A stretch of DNA of 64,000 nt from Podarcis erhardii (lineage: Eukaryota): the NCBI GenBank assembly GCA_964252035.1, contig OZ176201.1; one strand, 5' to 3'. Position numbers and translations under genes: made by a program. Below are positions 55,201 to 64,000 of this stretch, one piece after another. The first letter of the stretch is position 1. Each line of letters starts with the position of its first letter. Below the pieces are notes generated by a model. It was not told the origin of the DNA, did not search any database, and saw only the letters and a program-made list of their open reading frames with translations.

Positions 55201-58200
55201 GGAAAAAATCTCTCTCTCTCATTGTTTCTCCTTATAAGTTTTCAGTCAATACTGTCAGAGCCAAGACAGATTATGTCGCCATTATTTTATAAACCATGAC
55301 AGGCTACTGTTTTCGTTTTTAAAAGGTACAGCAACTTATTCTAGCTTGGATAAACACCAATGTGTCTAAAATTGGTATTCCAGGATAGATGAAAGCCCTT
55401 AGCCATTTGCTTCATGATTCAACATGCCCTGAGGCATTGTAATATTGCCATGCACTGCCTATGATGATTCACTGCTCACTCTTTCTCCTTCAGCAAGTTT
55501 GGGTAAGGAGAAAGAAAACAGACTGTATTATAGTACTGAAAACTGTAAGGAAAGTTTCTAGAGTGTGAAGTTGTGCTAGGGGGATACTAAAATACAGGCA
55601 ACTTTGTTGTTGCCCAATCTTCCAGGACTTTTAGTAATATAATCAAGTTTGCACAGAAGGAACATGAACCTTAAGTAATAGTATGCAATACCTCCATTGA
55701 CATTTATCTCAGCTTCCAGAAAGGCAGCCATTTGAGACTGAAATTAAATTTCAATAGCCTAATTATGTACAGTGACACACAAAAATTACATTAATGGAAA
55801 TCCAGTTATTCTCAGAAAAACAAGGCAGGAAAGCCCCATTTTGCCAGTGCTTACTATTAGAAAAAGAAAAGAGAATGAATGGAAATCCTTGAGGGATAAC
55901 CATCCAACAGCAAAGGTACACCAAGTTTATTTTGGCTCCCACTAAAATATGTAATGCAAGCCTGACCTCTGATTTCTAATACAGATACTTTCCTTACCTG
56001 TTCATATTCAACCTTAGCTTTGCTAAGCATCTCTAGGATATCAGTGCATCCATTAATCCTGCTGACACTTCTTCTGTCCTGGAACAGCAGCTGGGACCTC
56101 TGAGCTTCTTCTTGCACTACTCTATGATAGAGGGGGGAAACAGCATATGATTAGATTTTATTAAAAATGTACAGCAAAACACACCATTCACTATAGAAGC
56201 AGTTTGTTTCATATTTTGAACTGAATACATGCTGCATGAATTCTGTGCACATCTTAACCCCAACAGAGCTATACGTTCTAAACCTGAATTTTATAATTTC
56301 AATTCATTGCTGGCTTCTACTTCCCAAAACTGGCAGGGTTTTGTACAGTGGTTATGTATAGCATTTAGATAACCTAACAGTAAAGCCATGTAAATGGGAG
56401 CAAGTAATACTGTAAACCAACACCTATGATTCCACTGATTATGACCAAGTTAGGCCATTTTCAAGGTAGTAGAAGGAGTAAATGTACTTTCTAAAAAAAA
56501 AAAGCAGATCACTTACACAAACAGAAAGCTTTCGCGCATTTGAAGGAATTTTGAATTTGGGCTACTTGTAAATGTGCTCAGTCACCAAGACTCCCCAGTT
56601 CACTTTTCATGTGAACATTTCCCACTTTTGTAGACAATATATACAGTGCAAAATACAGAAGCAGCCCATCAAAAAACAACACCAGGAGATTCCTCTATAA
56701 AATCCTTTATTAGCCACTACTCCAAAATGTTTTATTGTCAAACAATAGAGCCCAGTTTATAATGACATTTTTTGGCACAAATTATCACAGGAAGCTCTAA
56801 GTGCATTATGGGAATAGCCTGATTCTCATCAGCTGGATGGCGTGTTTGTGTGCAAAATTCTGTATAATAAAGAATAAGATTAGAGGGAAAGAAATACAAA
56901 TGATATAGTCTAGTCACTGAGAGGTATGTCTGATCCCTTCATGGCCTATTTTCAAGTGCACACTTGCAGACTATTTTATTTCAACTTGCATTTTTAGTCA
57001 GAGCCTTTTAAAGGTTTGTTTTGCTTCTGTTTTGCAATATGCTGTGCAAGTGGATTATATTGTCACATTTATTTTGTTTTAAATAAAAGATGGGATATCA
57101 ATTTTGTGTGTGTGTGTTTTTTTAAAGGAGACTATTATTTTACCATAACCACTCTCACTGGTCCAGAGCAGGAACATTGGTAGAAATTTAAAGGATCAGG
57201 GCACAAGCCCATGACCCAAATATGAATTACATAGGAGCCATCTCCAGGGGGCCGTGGGCTCCCACAGTAACGACTTGTGGAGGCTGAGCCACCTCAAAGT
57301 CAATGAGAAAAGCCAGCAGGCAGCAGTGGTGCTGCCTCTGAGGCAGAGAAGCAGTTCAGCTCCGTCCTTGCAGCCAGTGAGCACAGCATCCTTTTCCAGG
57401 GCGTGGGGCTCGGACGTGGAGGCAGAGTCTCTCTGCCTCCGAGTCTGAGCCTCTCCCCACAGAAAACAGTGCACCGCTAGCTGCGGAGAGGAGGAATAAG
57501 AGAAGCCACCACCGCCGCAACATGGACATGTGATGTCACACACACACACCTGCATGTAGTGTGTGTGACGCCGCATGCCCGTGTTGCAGCGGCAGGCACC
57601 CACAATCCCGAGGACGAGATGACACCCCTGATGCATAATATTTGGAGAGGCTAATTTACAAACGTAGATGCCTCTCAGAAGTTCAGCCCAAAACTGCACT
57701 ATACATTTAATATAGTATCATACCACATAGCCATGGCTTCCCCCCAAAGGATCCTGGGAACCATAGCAGTGTAGCAATCACTCCCTCTTTCCAGGGAACT
57801 TTGGGAACTGTAGCTGAGTAATGGAAAATAAAGGTCTTCTAACAAATCTCTACACCCTTAACTACAGTCCTCAGGATTCTTGAGGGAACTCATGGCTATT
57901 GAAATTGGTATGAGAATGCTTTAAAAATGTATAATGCAGATGTGGCTTAAGATGATGGGTGGCTGGGTATCAACACCACTCTGCTTCAGAGGGCATCCAG
58001 TCACCCTATAAAAAAAGCTTCCTTCAACAAAGCTTTTAAAATGGGAAGGAAAGGGGCAGGAAATCTAGGCTCTGGCTCAGAATAGCCAGTGCTTGGTCCC
58101 TACTTGGTAGCCTGCTAAAAACTTAATGGTCCACTTTCCTGAAACAGGTAAGATCAAAGCCGCCTGAATTAACACACAGTAACCTTCAATGAGATGGAGT

Positions 58201-59732
58201 TGTGATTATTTTTTTTTAATCTAGTCTCCTGCAGTGAGAGTAGATTTGATTATTAAGAACAGGAAATGCCATGTCAAAAGCATCAGGCTATATTACAGGC
58301 AGCTGATGGGAAAGCCAAAGAGTGATATCACAACAATCACAGAATATGTCAATCACGCCATATCTTCTCTTCATGAAAGGATGCTAGGGCAAGTTAACTC
58401 CCAATAGCTTACTCCATCATTACATTAATGTTTCCCCAGTCTAGAATGAAAAACTCACAGAAACAGAAGATCATAAATACCATTAAATTCCCTGGAGAAG
58501 GTTGAGAGTGGTCCGTTCTCTGAGCTCTAAAGTATTTGCTGATGCAGCTATTTGATGCCAAATAAATGTGGTTTGTCCTCCAAGACATGACATTACTATA
58601 GGTAATATAGAGGGCATGCTGGGCACACGCTGCGATAAAGCCACCAAATTACACAACAACAAGAGAGGCAAACCTTCGCTAATTGGCACAGATGATCTTA
58701 ATTTGCATGATTCAGATCTGAGAATTTGGATTCTGTATCACTGGATGAATGCAGATGTAATGCTCCTAACATTGTAACCATGGTTAAAAAACTGGTAGCC
58801 ATAGGATCGTGTGCTACTTGGTATAAATCCCTCTCTCTCCAGCACAAATCTAATCCCCACTCTTATCCATTGGTTTGACCAGAAATCGAACCCAGCATTG
58901 GGTTGCAGAATCAGTAGTGTTACGTACAGTGATCCACTGCAACTCCTCACTCATTTTGAGCAACGGATCGCACCCGTTCAATAATTCTGTTACTTTACAA
59001 TTATAAAAATGAGCCAGTTTATGATAAATTCTTGACCAAAGAATTGTCCTGCTGGACCTGGCCCAGGGCCTATCAAGTTCAGTATTCTGTTTTCACAGGG
59101 GCTAACCAGGTGTCTACAGAAAGCCCACAAGCAGGACACAGGGGCAACAGTGCTCTCTTGACTGTGATCCCCAGCAATAGGATTTGTCTAGTCTGAATCT
59201 GTATTGAATTGTTTTATTCACTTGCTGTTTGCCATACTGGGCTTCTTTCGGAAGAAATGGGGGAGGGGAAAGTTAATTAAACAAATTAATCCACCCATCA
59301 AATAAGCTAGTATTCAGAGGCATGTAGTGTCTCATACTGGAGGTACCAGGGCTATCTGATATAGCATTATCCTCGAGATATTTTGACTTCTGTTCTGCTC
59401 ATGTATAAACTTTGCATGCACTATAAGAGAGCTCATATCACATTGCCTGGGTGCTAAGACATAGCTTGGCTTAGAATTGCATGCAAACAGGGAAAGTAAA
59501 TGGCCTTTATTCTAAGCACAAACTTAAGCAGTACATTACAAACTAAGTTAACATGAATTTTTACTGACGGCACAAATATTGGCAAAGATACATGGTTTTA
59601 TAGGAAATGCTATAAAATGCAAACTAGAAATAACACAAAGTTGTTTTAAAAAATGAGATACTTACTTTGCCATGAGTTTTGCTATTCGGTGACAGTCATT
59701 CTTGTCATAGAACCAGATACTGTAAATTGACA
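43151..59732 (-). CDS. DCP1A: mRNA-decapping enzyme 1A, 5'-partial CDS: join of 59666-59732, 55998-56121, 52279-52389, 48729-49478, 47727-47792, 46704-46922, 43151-43231
   Basis: The spliced frame gives the EVH1 C-terminus (LSIYSIWFYDKNDCHRIAKLM), motif I (DILEMLSKAK), HLTVEELFG, DLLQKLRLTPQ and the C-terminal trimerization domain (SQLQETLIYLIKNDANFLSTLHEVYLQVL). It lies next to TKT, as in mammals. Confidence 0.97.
43387..43628. mobile_element. Tc1/mariner (Tigger/pogo-like) MITE
   Basis: TIRs CAGTGGTACCT / AGGTACCACTG; TA TSD on both sides. Confidence 0.9.
46230..46438. mobile_element. Tc1/mariner-type MITE, right end degraded
   Basis: TA|CAGCCATACCTC start; CpG-rich internal acccggaagcaacccgttccggtacttctggg. 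Confidence 0.55.
46704..46922 (-). CDS. DCP1A: DCP1A exon 9 (219 nt)
   Basis: Encodes VASPQFAAATTTMAPSVLLSPSVFQQ...TRSQLQETLIYLIK; donor AAG|GTACAG. Confidence 0.96.
47727..47792 (-). CDS. DCP1A: DCP1A exon 8 (66 nt)
   Basis: Pyrimidine-rich TTGTAG acceptor; encodes VAQQSKELETFSHPKALSKASQ (22 aa, same length as recalled human SMQQNQDPEVFVQPKVLSSAIP); GTATGT donor. Confidence 0.88.
48385..48670. mobile_element. Old DNA-transposon-like element with internal palindrome
   Basis: GC-rich island in an AT-rich intron with a perfect internal 20-bp inverted repeat and imperfect terminal inversions. Confidence 0.45.
48729..49478 (-). CDS. DCP1A: DCP1A exon 7 (750 nt)
   Basis: Open 250 codons, PCSSIPKHLTVEELFGTSFP...DLLQKLRLTPQ...KAIPPVQ; donor CAG|GTCAGT. 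Confidence 0.96.
50270..50345 (+). mobile_element. L2-family 3' end with (ATT)n tail
   Basis: aagccgcccagagtggctggggaggcccagccagatgggcggggtataaataataaattattatt. Confidence 0.7.
51028..51043 (+). promoter_or_regulatory. CTCF motif
   Basis: CCATTAGATGGCACTA matches 13/14 of CCASYAGRKGGCRS. Confidence 0.4.
52279..52389 (-). CDS. DCP1A: DCP1A exon 6 (111 nt)
   Basis: TTTTATTTTCTAG acceptor; encodes NQKSDLISWTQPSTNPTKTENTEISEHGSSMLQMQDH; GTATGT donor; phase 0 at both ends. Confidence 0.88.
55998..56121 (-). CDS. DCP1A: DCP1A exon 5 (124 nt)
   Basis: Encodes VVQEEAQRSQLLFQDRRSVSRINGCTDILEMLSKAKVEYEQ; donor CAG|GTAAGG. Confidence 0.95.
57195..57632. mobile_element. GC/CpG-rich non-autonomous DNA element (probable hAT)
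   Basis: Sharp GC-rich block starting cagggc... and ending gacacccctg; internal short hairpins; no TSD found. Confidence 0.4.
57690..57950. mobile_element. Palindromic squamate MITE (Harbinger-like)
   Basis: Imperfect inverted ends (tgcactatacattta..atcatacc / ggtatgagaatgctttaaaaatgtataatgca) and internal cctgggaac/ctgtag inversions. Confidence 0.5.
59045..59350 (-). mobile_element. CR1 3' UTR remnant, reverse orientation
   Basis: ctgctggacctggcccagggcctatcaagttcagtattctg...gcccacaagcaggac...ccccagcaa...tattcagaggcat. Confidence 0.6.
59666..59732 (-). CDS. DCP1A: DCP1A exon 4 (67 nt)
   Basis: Encodes (L)SIYSIWFYDKNDCHRIAKLMA(K); acceptor CTCAAG|, donor |GTAAGT. Confidence 0.97.
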
Positions 59733-59766
59733 CTTGAGGAAGGTATTTTAAAAAAGACAGTTAATA

Positions 59767-59767
<1 letters not shown>

Positions 59768-59810
<43 letters not shown>
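59768..59810. repeat. (ATT)14 microsatellite
   Basis: Directly visible. Confidence 0.95.
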
Positions 59811-59813
<3 letters not shown>

Positions 59814-61244
59814 CATGATTACAGAGTATCTTCAAATAGAAAACAGCAGGATGCATAGATTACAAATTCTGTACTTAAAATGATTTATGCACATATGAGC
59901 AGTACTACTGGGTAATTTCAAATATTCATGGAAACAGGGGCAGCAAATAATAAAACAGATGTTAGGTTATGGTATTACACTTGCTAGTGAACAATTTAAT
60001 ATGTACAACCATATTGAAAACAAACATCTTGTTCCCAGGCAAAAGCTTTTATCTTAGGTCAAAAAAAGGTTACATGTAAAAAGCTCCTGATCTGACGGGT
60101 TAAATTACAGGCAGGTCAGATAAAATGAGCACTTAAGACTAGTGCAGAACCCAAAGTGCAGTGCAAATCAACATAACATTCAGTCCAGTTATATGTGTTT
60201 GATAATTATGAACCATTCACTTAGAAGTCAGTAGCAGCTTAAATTAGACTTTGGATTTAACGTTATACAGTTAACTGGATGTACCAGTAAGTCCCAGTTC
60301 AGTGGGACTTACTTCTGAGTAGGCATGTGTGCGCTTGTACCATTAAAATGATATGAAGTTAACAACATTAACTCAAAAGAGAATTCTGTATAAGCGTTAA
60401 ATACATTTTAAAATGTTTATTTCACTTTCTGCCCTGGGAGTGAAAAAGAAAAGGTCTAAACTAAAGGAACCAGAAATCTGTCAGACTGCATGAGTCTTTC
60501 CTTTTCCTTCACTCTGTACTTCTAGCCTTTCATCTGACACACATATACAGAGTCCTTTCTGTGTCACCTTCCTGGCTATAAACCTTCATTCTATTCTTGC
60601 AAAGTAGTAAAAAGGATCTAGCAAGAAGGAAACTCAAGGTCAGGAGGCAAGGCAGCCGGAGGAAGAGAGACAAAGTGAGTAACGGGCTAAATAACAGAGT
60701 CCCAAGAGAGGATGGGTAAAGGAAGCAAAGGATATGAAGCAGAATAAACAAAGGAAAAGGCACTCTTAAGAAAACCATCGCATGGGAACAGGAAGAAGAG
60801 TAGCTCTGCTACTTGGGTAGAGACAAAATGAAGATGCAGGATGAGTGATGCCCAGTTTAGTAATCTGATTTGAAATAACTGTGGACTCTAAAAAAGATAT
60901 AATATACTACAGATAATTTATATAATAGAACAGGTTCAGGGAACTGGATCAAGCTAGTAGGCCCATAATTCCATGGAACAGGAAACTTGTGGCCTTGTAT
61001 TCACACAAAACACTAAACCATAGTTAACAAAAATTGGGATTCAGTAACAGATTCTTAAATAAAAATGGGGAGATGTGATTCCATTAAGCATTGTGAAATA
61101 TTAAATCTTTGAAAGCAGGTGACTATTGCAATGCAAAACGATCTTTTAAGAAAACTGGTTCATAGCTATGTCCTAAACAACAACAAAATAATAATACTCA
61201 GTTAGAAAGTACTTCTGAACCCACTGCTGTCGCTTTAGGTTCAG

Positions 61245-61870
61245 GTGGCCTCAGTGAGACAGAGTGCCTTCTATCAGCTTTGGCTGGTAGACCTATCTGC
61301 ACCCCTATGTGGATATGCCCAACTTATGTCATCTAGGCTCTGGTAACCTCTAGGTTAGATTACTGCAACACAATTATATATGTAAGCCTGTCTTTCAAGA
61401 CAGTTTGGAAAGTTCAGCTGCTGCAGAGTTCAATGGCCAGGCTGCTCATTGGGGCAAGACAGTTTGAGCATATTACACCGATCCTGGTCCAACTGCAGTG
61501 GCTGCCAATCAGTTTCCAGGCCCAGTTCAAAGTGATGGTTTTCACCTATAAATCCTTAAATGGCTCAGGACCACCATCTCATATGAAGCCCTTCTTCATG
61601 TGGCTCCTCCACGAGAGGTCCAGAAGGTGGGAACATGAAAATGGGCCTTTTCTGTGGTGGCTTGCCGTTACATATCTTGAGGTGCCAGGCAAAAACATTC
61701 CCCTTCTCCCAGGCCTTTGGCTAATTAACAATCTCTGCCATTTTAAAGTATGTGGGGTGGGTGGGTACAGTACTGGTTTTGTTTGTTATTATGTTTGTTA
61801 TTATGGTATGTACTATTGGAAACTGCCCTGTGAGGAGGGCAGTATAGAAATTTAATAAATCATAATAATA
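61245..61870 (+). mobile_element. L2 LINE 3' fragment
   Basis: Decayed ALVTSRLDYCN...ARLLIGARQFEHITPILVQLQWLPISFQAQFKVMVFTYKSLNG; ends in gagggcagtatagaaatttaataaat...aataata tail. Confidence 0.85.
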
Positions 61871-62163
61871 CAGTGGTACTGTAACCTTATTGGAGTTCAC
61901 CGACTGGGTCTGCGTTGCTCCGGGACAGTACCTCGGTTTAAGAACAGTCCTGTTTACGAATGATTTGGTTTATGAACTCTGCAAAACCAGAAGTAGTGTC
62001 CTGATTTGCGAACTTTACCTCGGTATAAGAATGGAATCCGAATGGTGGAAGGCCACCGGCGGCGGGAGGCCTCATTAGGGAAAGTGAGCCTCGGTTTAAG
62101 AACGGTTTCGGTTTAAGAACAGACTTCCGGAACAGATTAAGTTCATAAACTGAGGTACCACTG
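61871..62163. mobile_element. Tc1/mariner MITE related to 43387-43628, left TIR interrupted by a 48-bp insert
   Basis: TA|CAGTGGTAC...[insert]...GTACCTCGG and GAGGTACCACTG|TA; shared internal motifs (ttaagaac, ccggaac). Confidence 0.85.
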
Positions 62164-62317
62164 TAAATACAAGCGACATTTTCTCACAAACATTTTCTAA
62201 CTCAAGGGAAAACTTGTAAGACTAATAATATGAGCTGAATTCATTGCAAAGTAGCAACAACTACCAACTGTAATATAACTTATAAAAGACAGGGTGTAAC
62301 AATTCAAGGTTTTAAAG

Positions 62318-62562
62318 CATGGGTAGGCAAACTAAGGCCCAGGGGCTGGATCCGGCCCAATTGCCTTCTAAATCCAGCCCGTGGATGGTCCGGGAACCAG
62401 CATGTTTTTACATGAGTAAAATGCATCCTTTTATTTAAAATGCATCTCTGGGTTATTTGTGGGGCATAGGAATTCGTTCATTCCCCCCCAAAAAATATAT
62501 AGTCCGGCCCCCCACAAGGTCTGAAGTACAGTGGCCCTGCTGAAAATGTTTGCTGACCTCTG
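62318..62562. mobile_element. hAT (Charlie-like) MITE
   Basis: TIRs catgggtaggcaaac / gtttgctgacctctg; ggccc-rich subterminal repeats. Confidence 0.75.
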
Positions 62563-62576
62563 TTAAAGGTTATGCT

Positions 62577-62668
62577 AAGAAGGGAAGGGGAAGGGGAAGG
62601 GGAAGGGGAAGGGGAAGGGGAAGGGGGAGGAGAAGGGGGGGAGGAGAGGAGAGGAGAGGAGAGGAGAG
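62577..62668 (+). repeat. Polypurine (GGGGAA)n-(GGAGA)n tract
   Basis: 92 consecutive purines. Confidence 0.95.
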
Positions 62669-64000
62669 TCTTTTATTTAATCTGGAGTTATTAGCACGGT
62701 GAAACAAAACATATGTCTAAGAGGATATCAGAGCCAAGTACTAATGGATTTGTCCTGAACAAAGCTAGCTATCGAAGACAGAAAAGAGATAACTGCTTTG
62801 CAACAGAACACAGAACAAGAAAGTGACTGCTGTTTAACACATTAGCTCATTGCGCCACACTATTCTACATGTTTGGCTGCCCTCAGCTTAAACTCCATTA
62901 TAAACACCCTAAATGCAATTTTACCATTTCTCTCTACAGAAATAGCAACAGCAGTCCCACTCCTTATCTTTCTTGAGAAGGCAGAGTTAAAGCAGTTACT
63001 AAAGATCCATTCCCCTTCCCTGATCAAACACATGTCACTCTGACAACATTGCTGATATCCACATGTGGCTGGTCTTCAACTTTCTGGACCCACTTTGATA
63101 TTTTCACAGCAACGAAATAAGACTGCCTGGCTACAAAAGTATATTTAGAGAGCAATCTGTTGTTACCACCAAGGTAACAGAGTTTCAAGTACATCCTTCT
63201 GGAATTATATCTCTGCTGCTGCATTTCAACTGGAAAAAGGACATACAGAGCTCAAAAAAGAAGAAAAGGAACAAGTGCAGGCAATATCTTCATTTGAGAA
63301 TTCAGAGTTGTATACCACCACCTATCTTTTAATATTAGCATGGAATTTCGTTCTTTACATCAAGACAGTGACATTAGATACAAAGGAAGAATTGTGAGTG
63401 AAACTGATTTGGAAGCATACTTCTTTAAGACCTTTAGAGGTAAGTTCAAAATTGTTGATTTAAAAACCAAACAAACCCAAGGTTCTGAAATTTTTGATCA
63501 CATTTGTATCTATGAATTTATTAAGTGGTTGATGCTTAGATTTTAAGCCTTTTATGGAGAAAGGTACAATTACCAACCCTGTAGGATACTAGAAATGTTT
63601 TTACTTGCAGTCATATTCTTTTTGTCACTGAGTGCTTTATATTGCTTCCCGTTATGCAGTTTGGTAACTACAGCGTATCACTGATGTTACAAACATATTT
63701 AATATATTATGAATAAAAGATGGGAATTCCATAACGGTCTTCTCTAGAGCTTCTGAAGTTAACTTAGTGACTTTCTCAATACAGATTAAAATAGGTCTTT
63801 GGTGACATACTGAATAATTAGCATAAGTGATGCTAGCTTTTAAAAAAGATTTAAAGAATAATCCAGCTGTTACTGTTATCAGGAAAAACACAATTTTTCC
63901 TAAAACAAATAGCTGGAGATCTGCATGCCTTGCTCCCTCAGCTAAAGATACTGTGGTCAAGAGAGGACAGTGATCCAGCAGACTTGCCAAACTGACTCAA

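Noticed and set aside
57196-57699. 167-aa ORF
   Set aside because: Lies in a GC-rich repeat and has no protein-like motif.
60530-60600. ORF tail EGDTERTLYMCVR superficially resembling DCP1A exon 2 (EKTDIEGTLFVYR)
   Set aside because: The register is shifted, there are no fitting splice sites, and it would place exon 2 downstream of exon 3, which is not found in the window.
59735-64000. Search for DCP1A exons 1-3
   Set aside because: No match to the HGFTIVNRLN/FQLHEPFLLYRN exon; these exons must lie beyond position 64000.

Overview
Vertebrate genomic DNA from a squamate reptile, most likely a lacertid lizard (inferred from Sauria/Squam1 SINEs, Squam3/MIR-like SINEs, Penelope, CR1 and L2 remnants, and hAT/Tc1 MITEs). 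Two protein-coding genes lie in tandem on the minus strand. (1) A complete transketolase gene, TKT: 14 coding exons from ATG at 35864 to TAG at 1277, 1884 nt, 627 aa. All introns are GT-AG with consistent phases, the promoter is a CpG island, and there is an AATAAA at 1144-1149. (2) The 3' part of the mRNA-decapping factor gene DCP1A: 7 coding exons (exons 4-10 by human numbering, 59732 to TAA at 43151) and a probable 3' UTR of up to ~4.6 kb ending ~2.5 kb from the TKT promoter. DCP1A exons 1-3 were not found and presumably lie beyond position 64000. No rRNA, tRNA, CRISPR array or autonomous virus was found, and I cannot support a novel multi-gene system. The most interesting unexplained signals are: three independent near-perfect intronic hairpins (50-bp arms at 13934-14067; a 43-bp Penelope fold-back with a 12-bp TSD at 35326-35417; a 29-bp stem with an alternative pairing partner at 49933-50017); a (GTAT)10 microsatellite that is itself the TKT exon-5 splice donor; a perfect NRF2-type ARE in TKT intron 4; two candidate poison/cassette exons in DCP1A; a sense-oriented solo-LTR-like element in TKT intron 1; and several nested micro-insertions with clear TSDs. 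Human comparisons are from memory, not from a database search.
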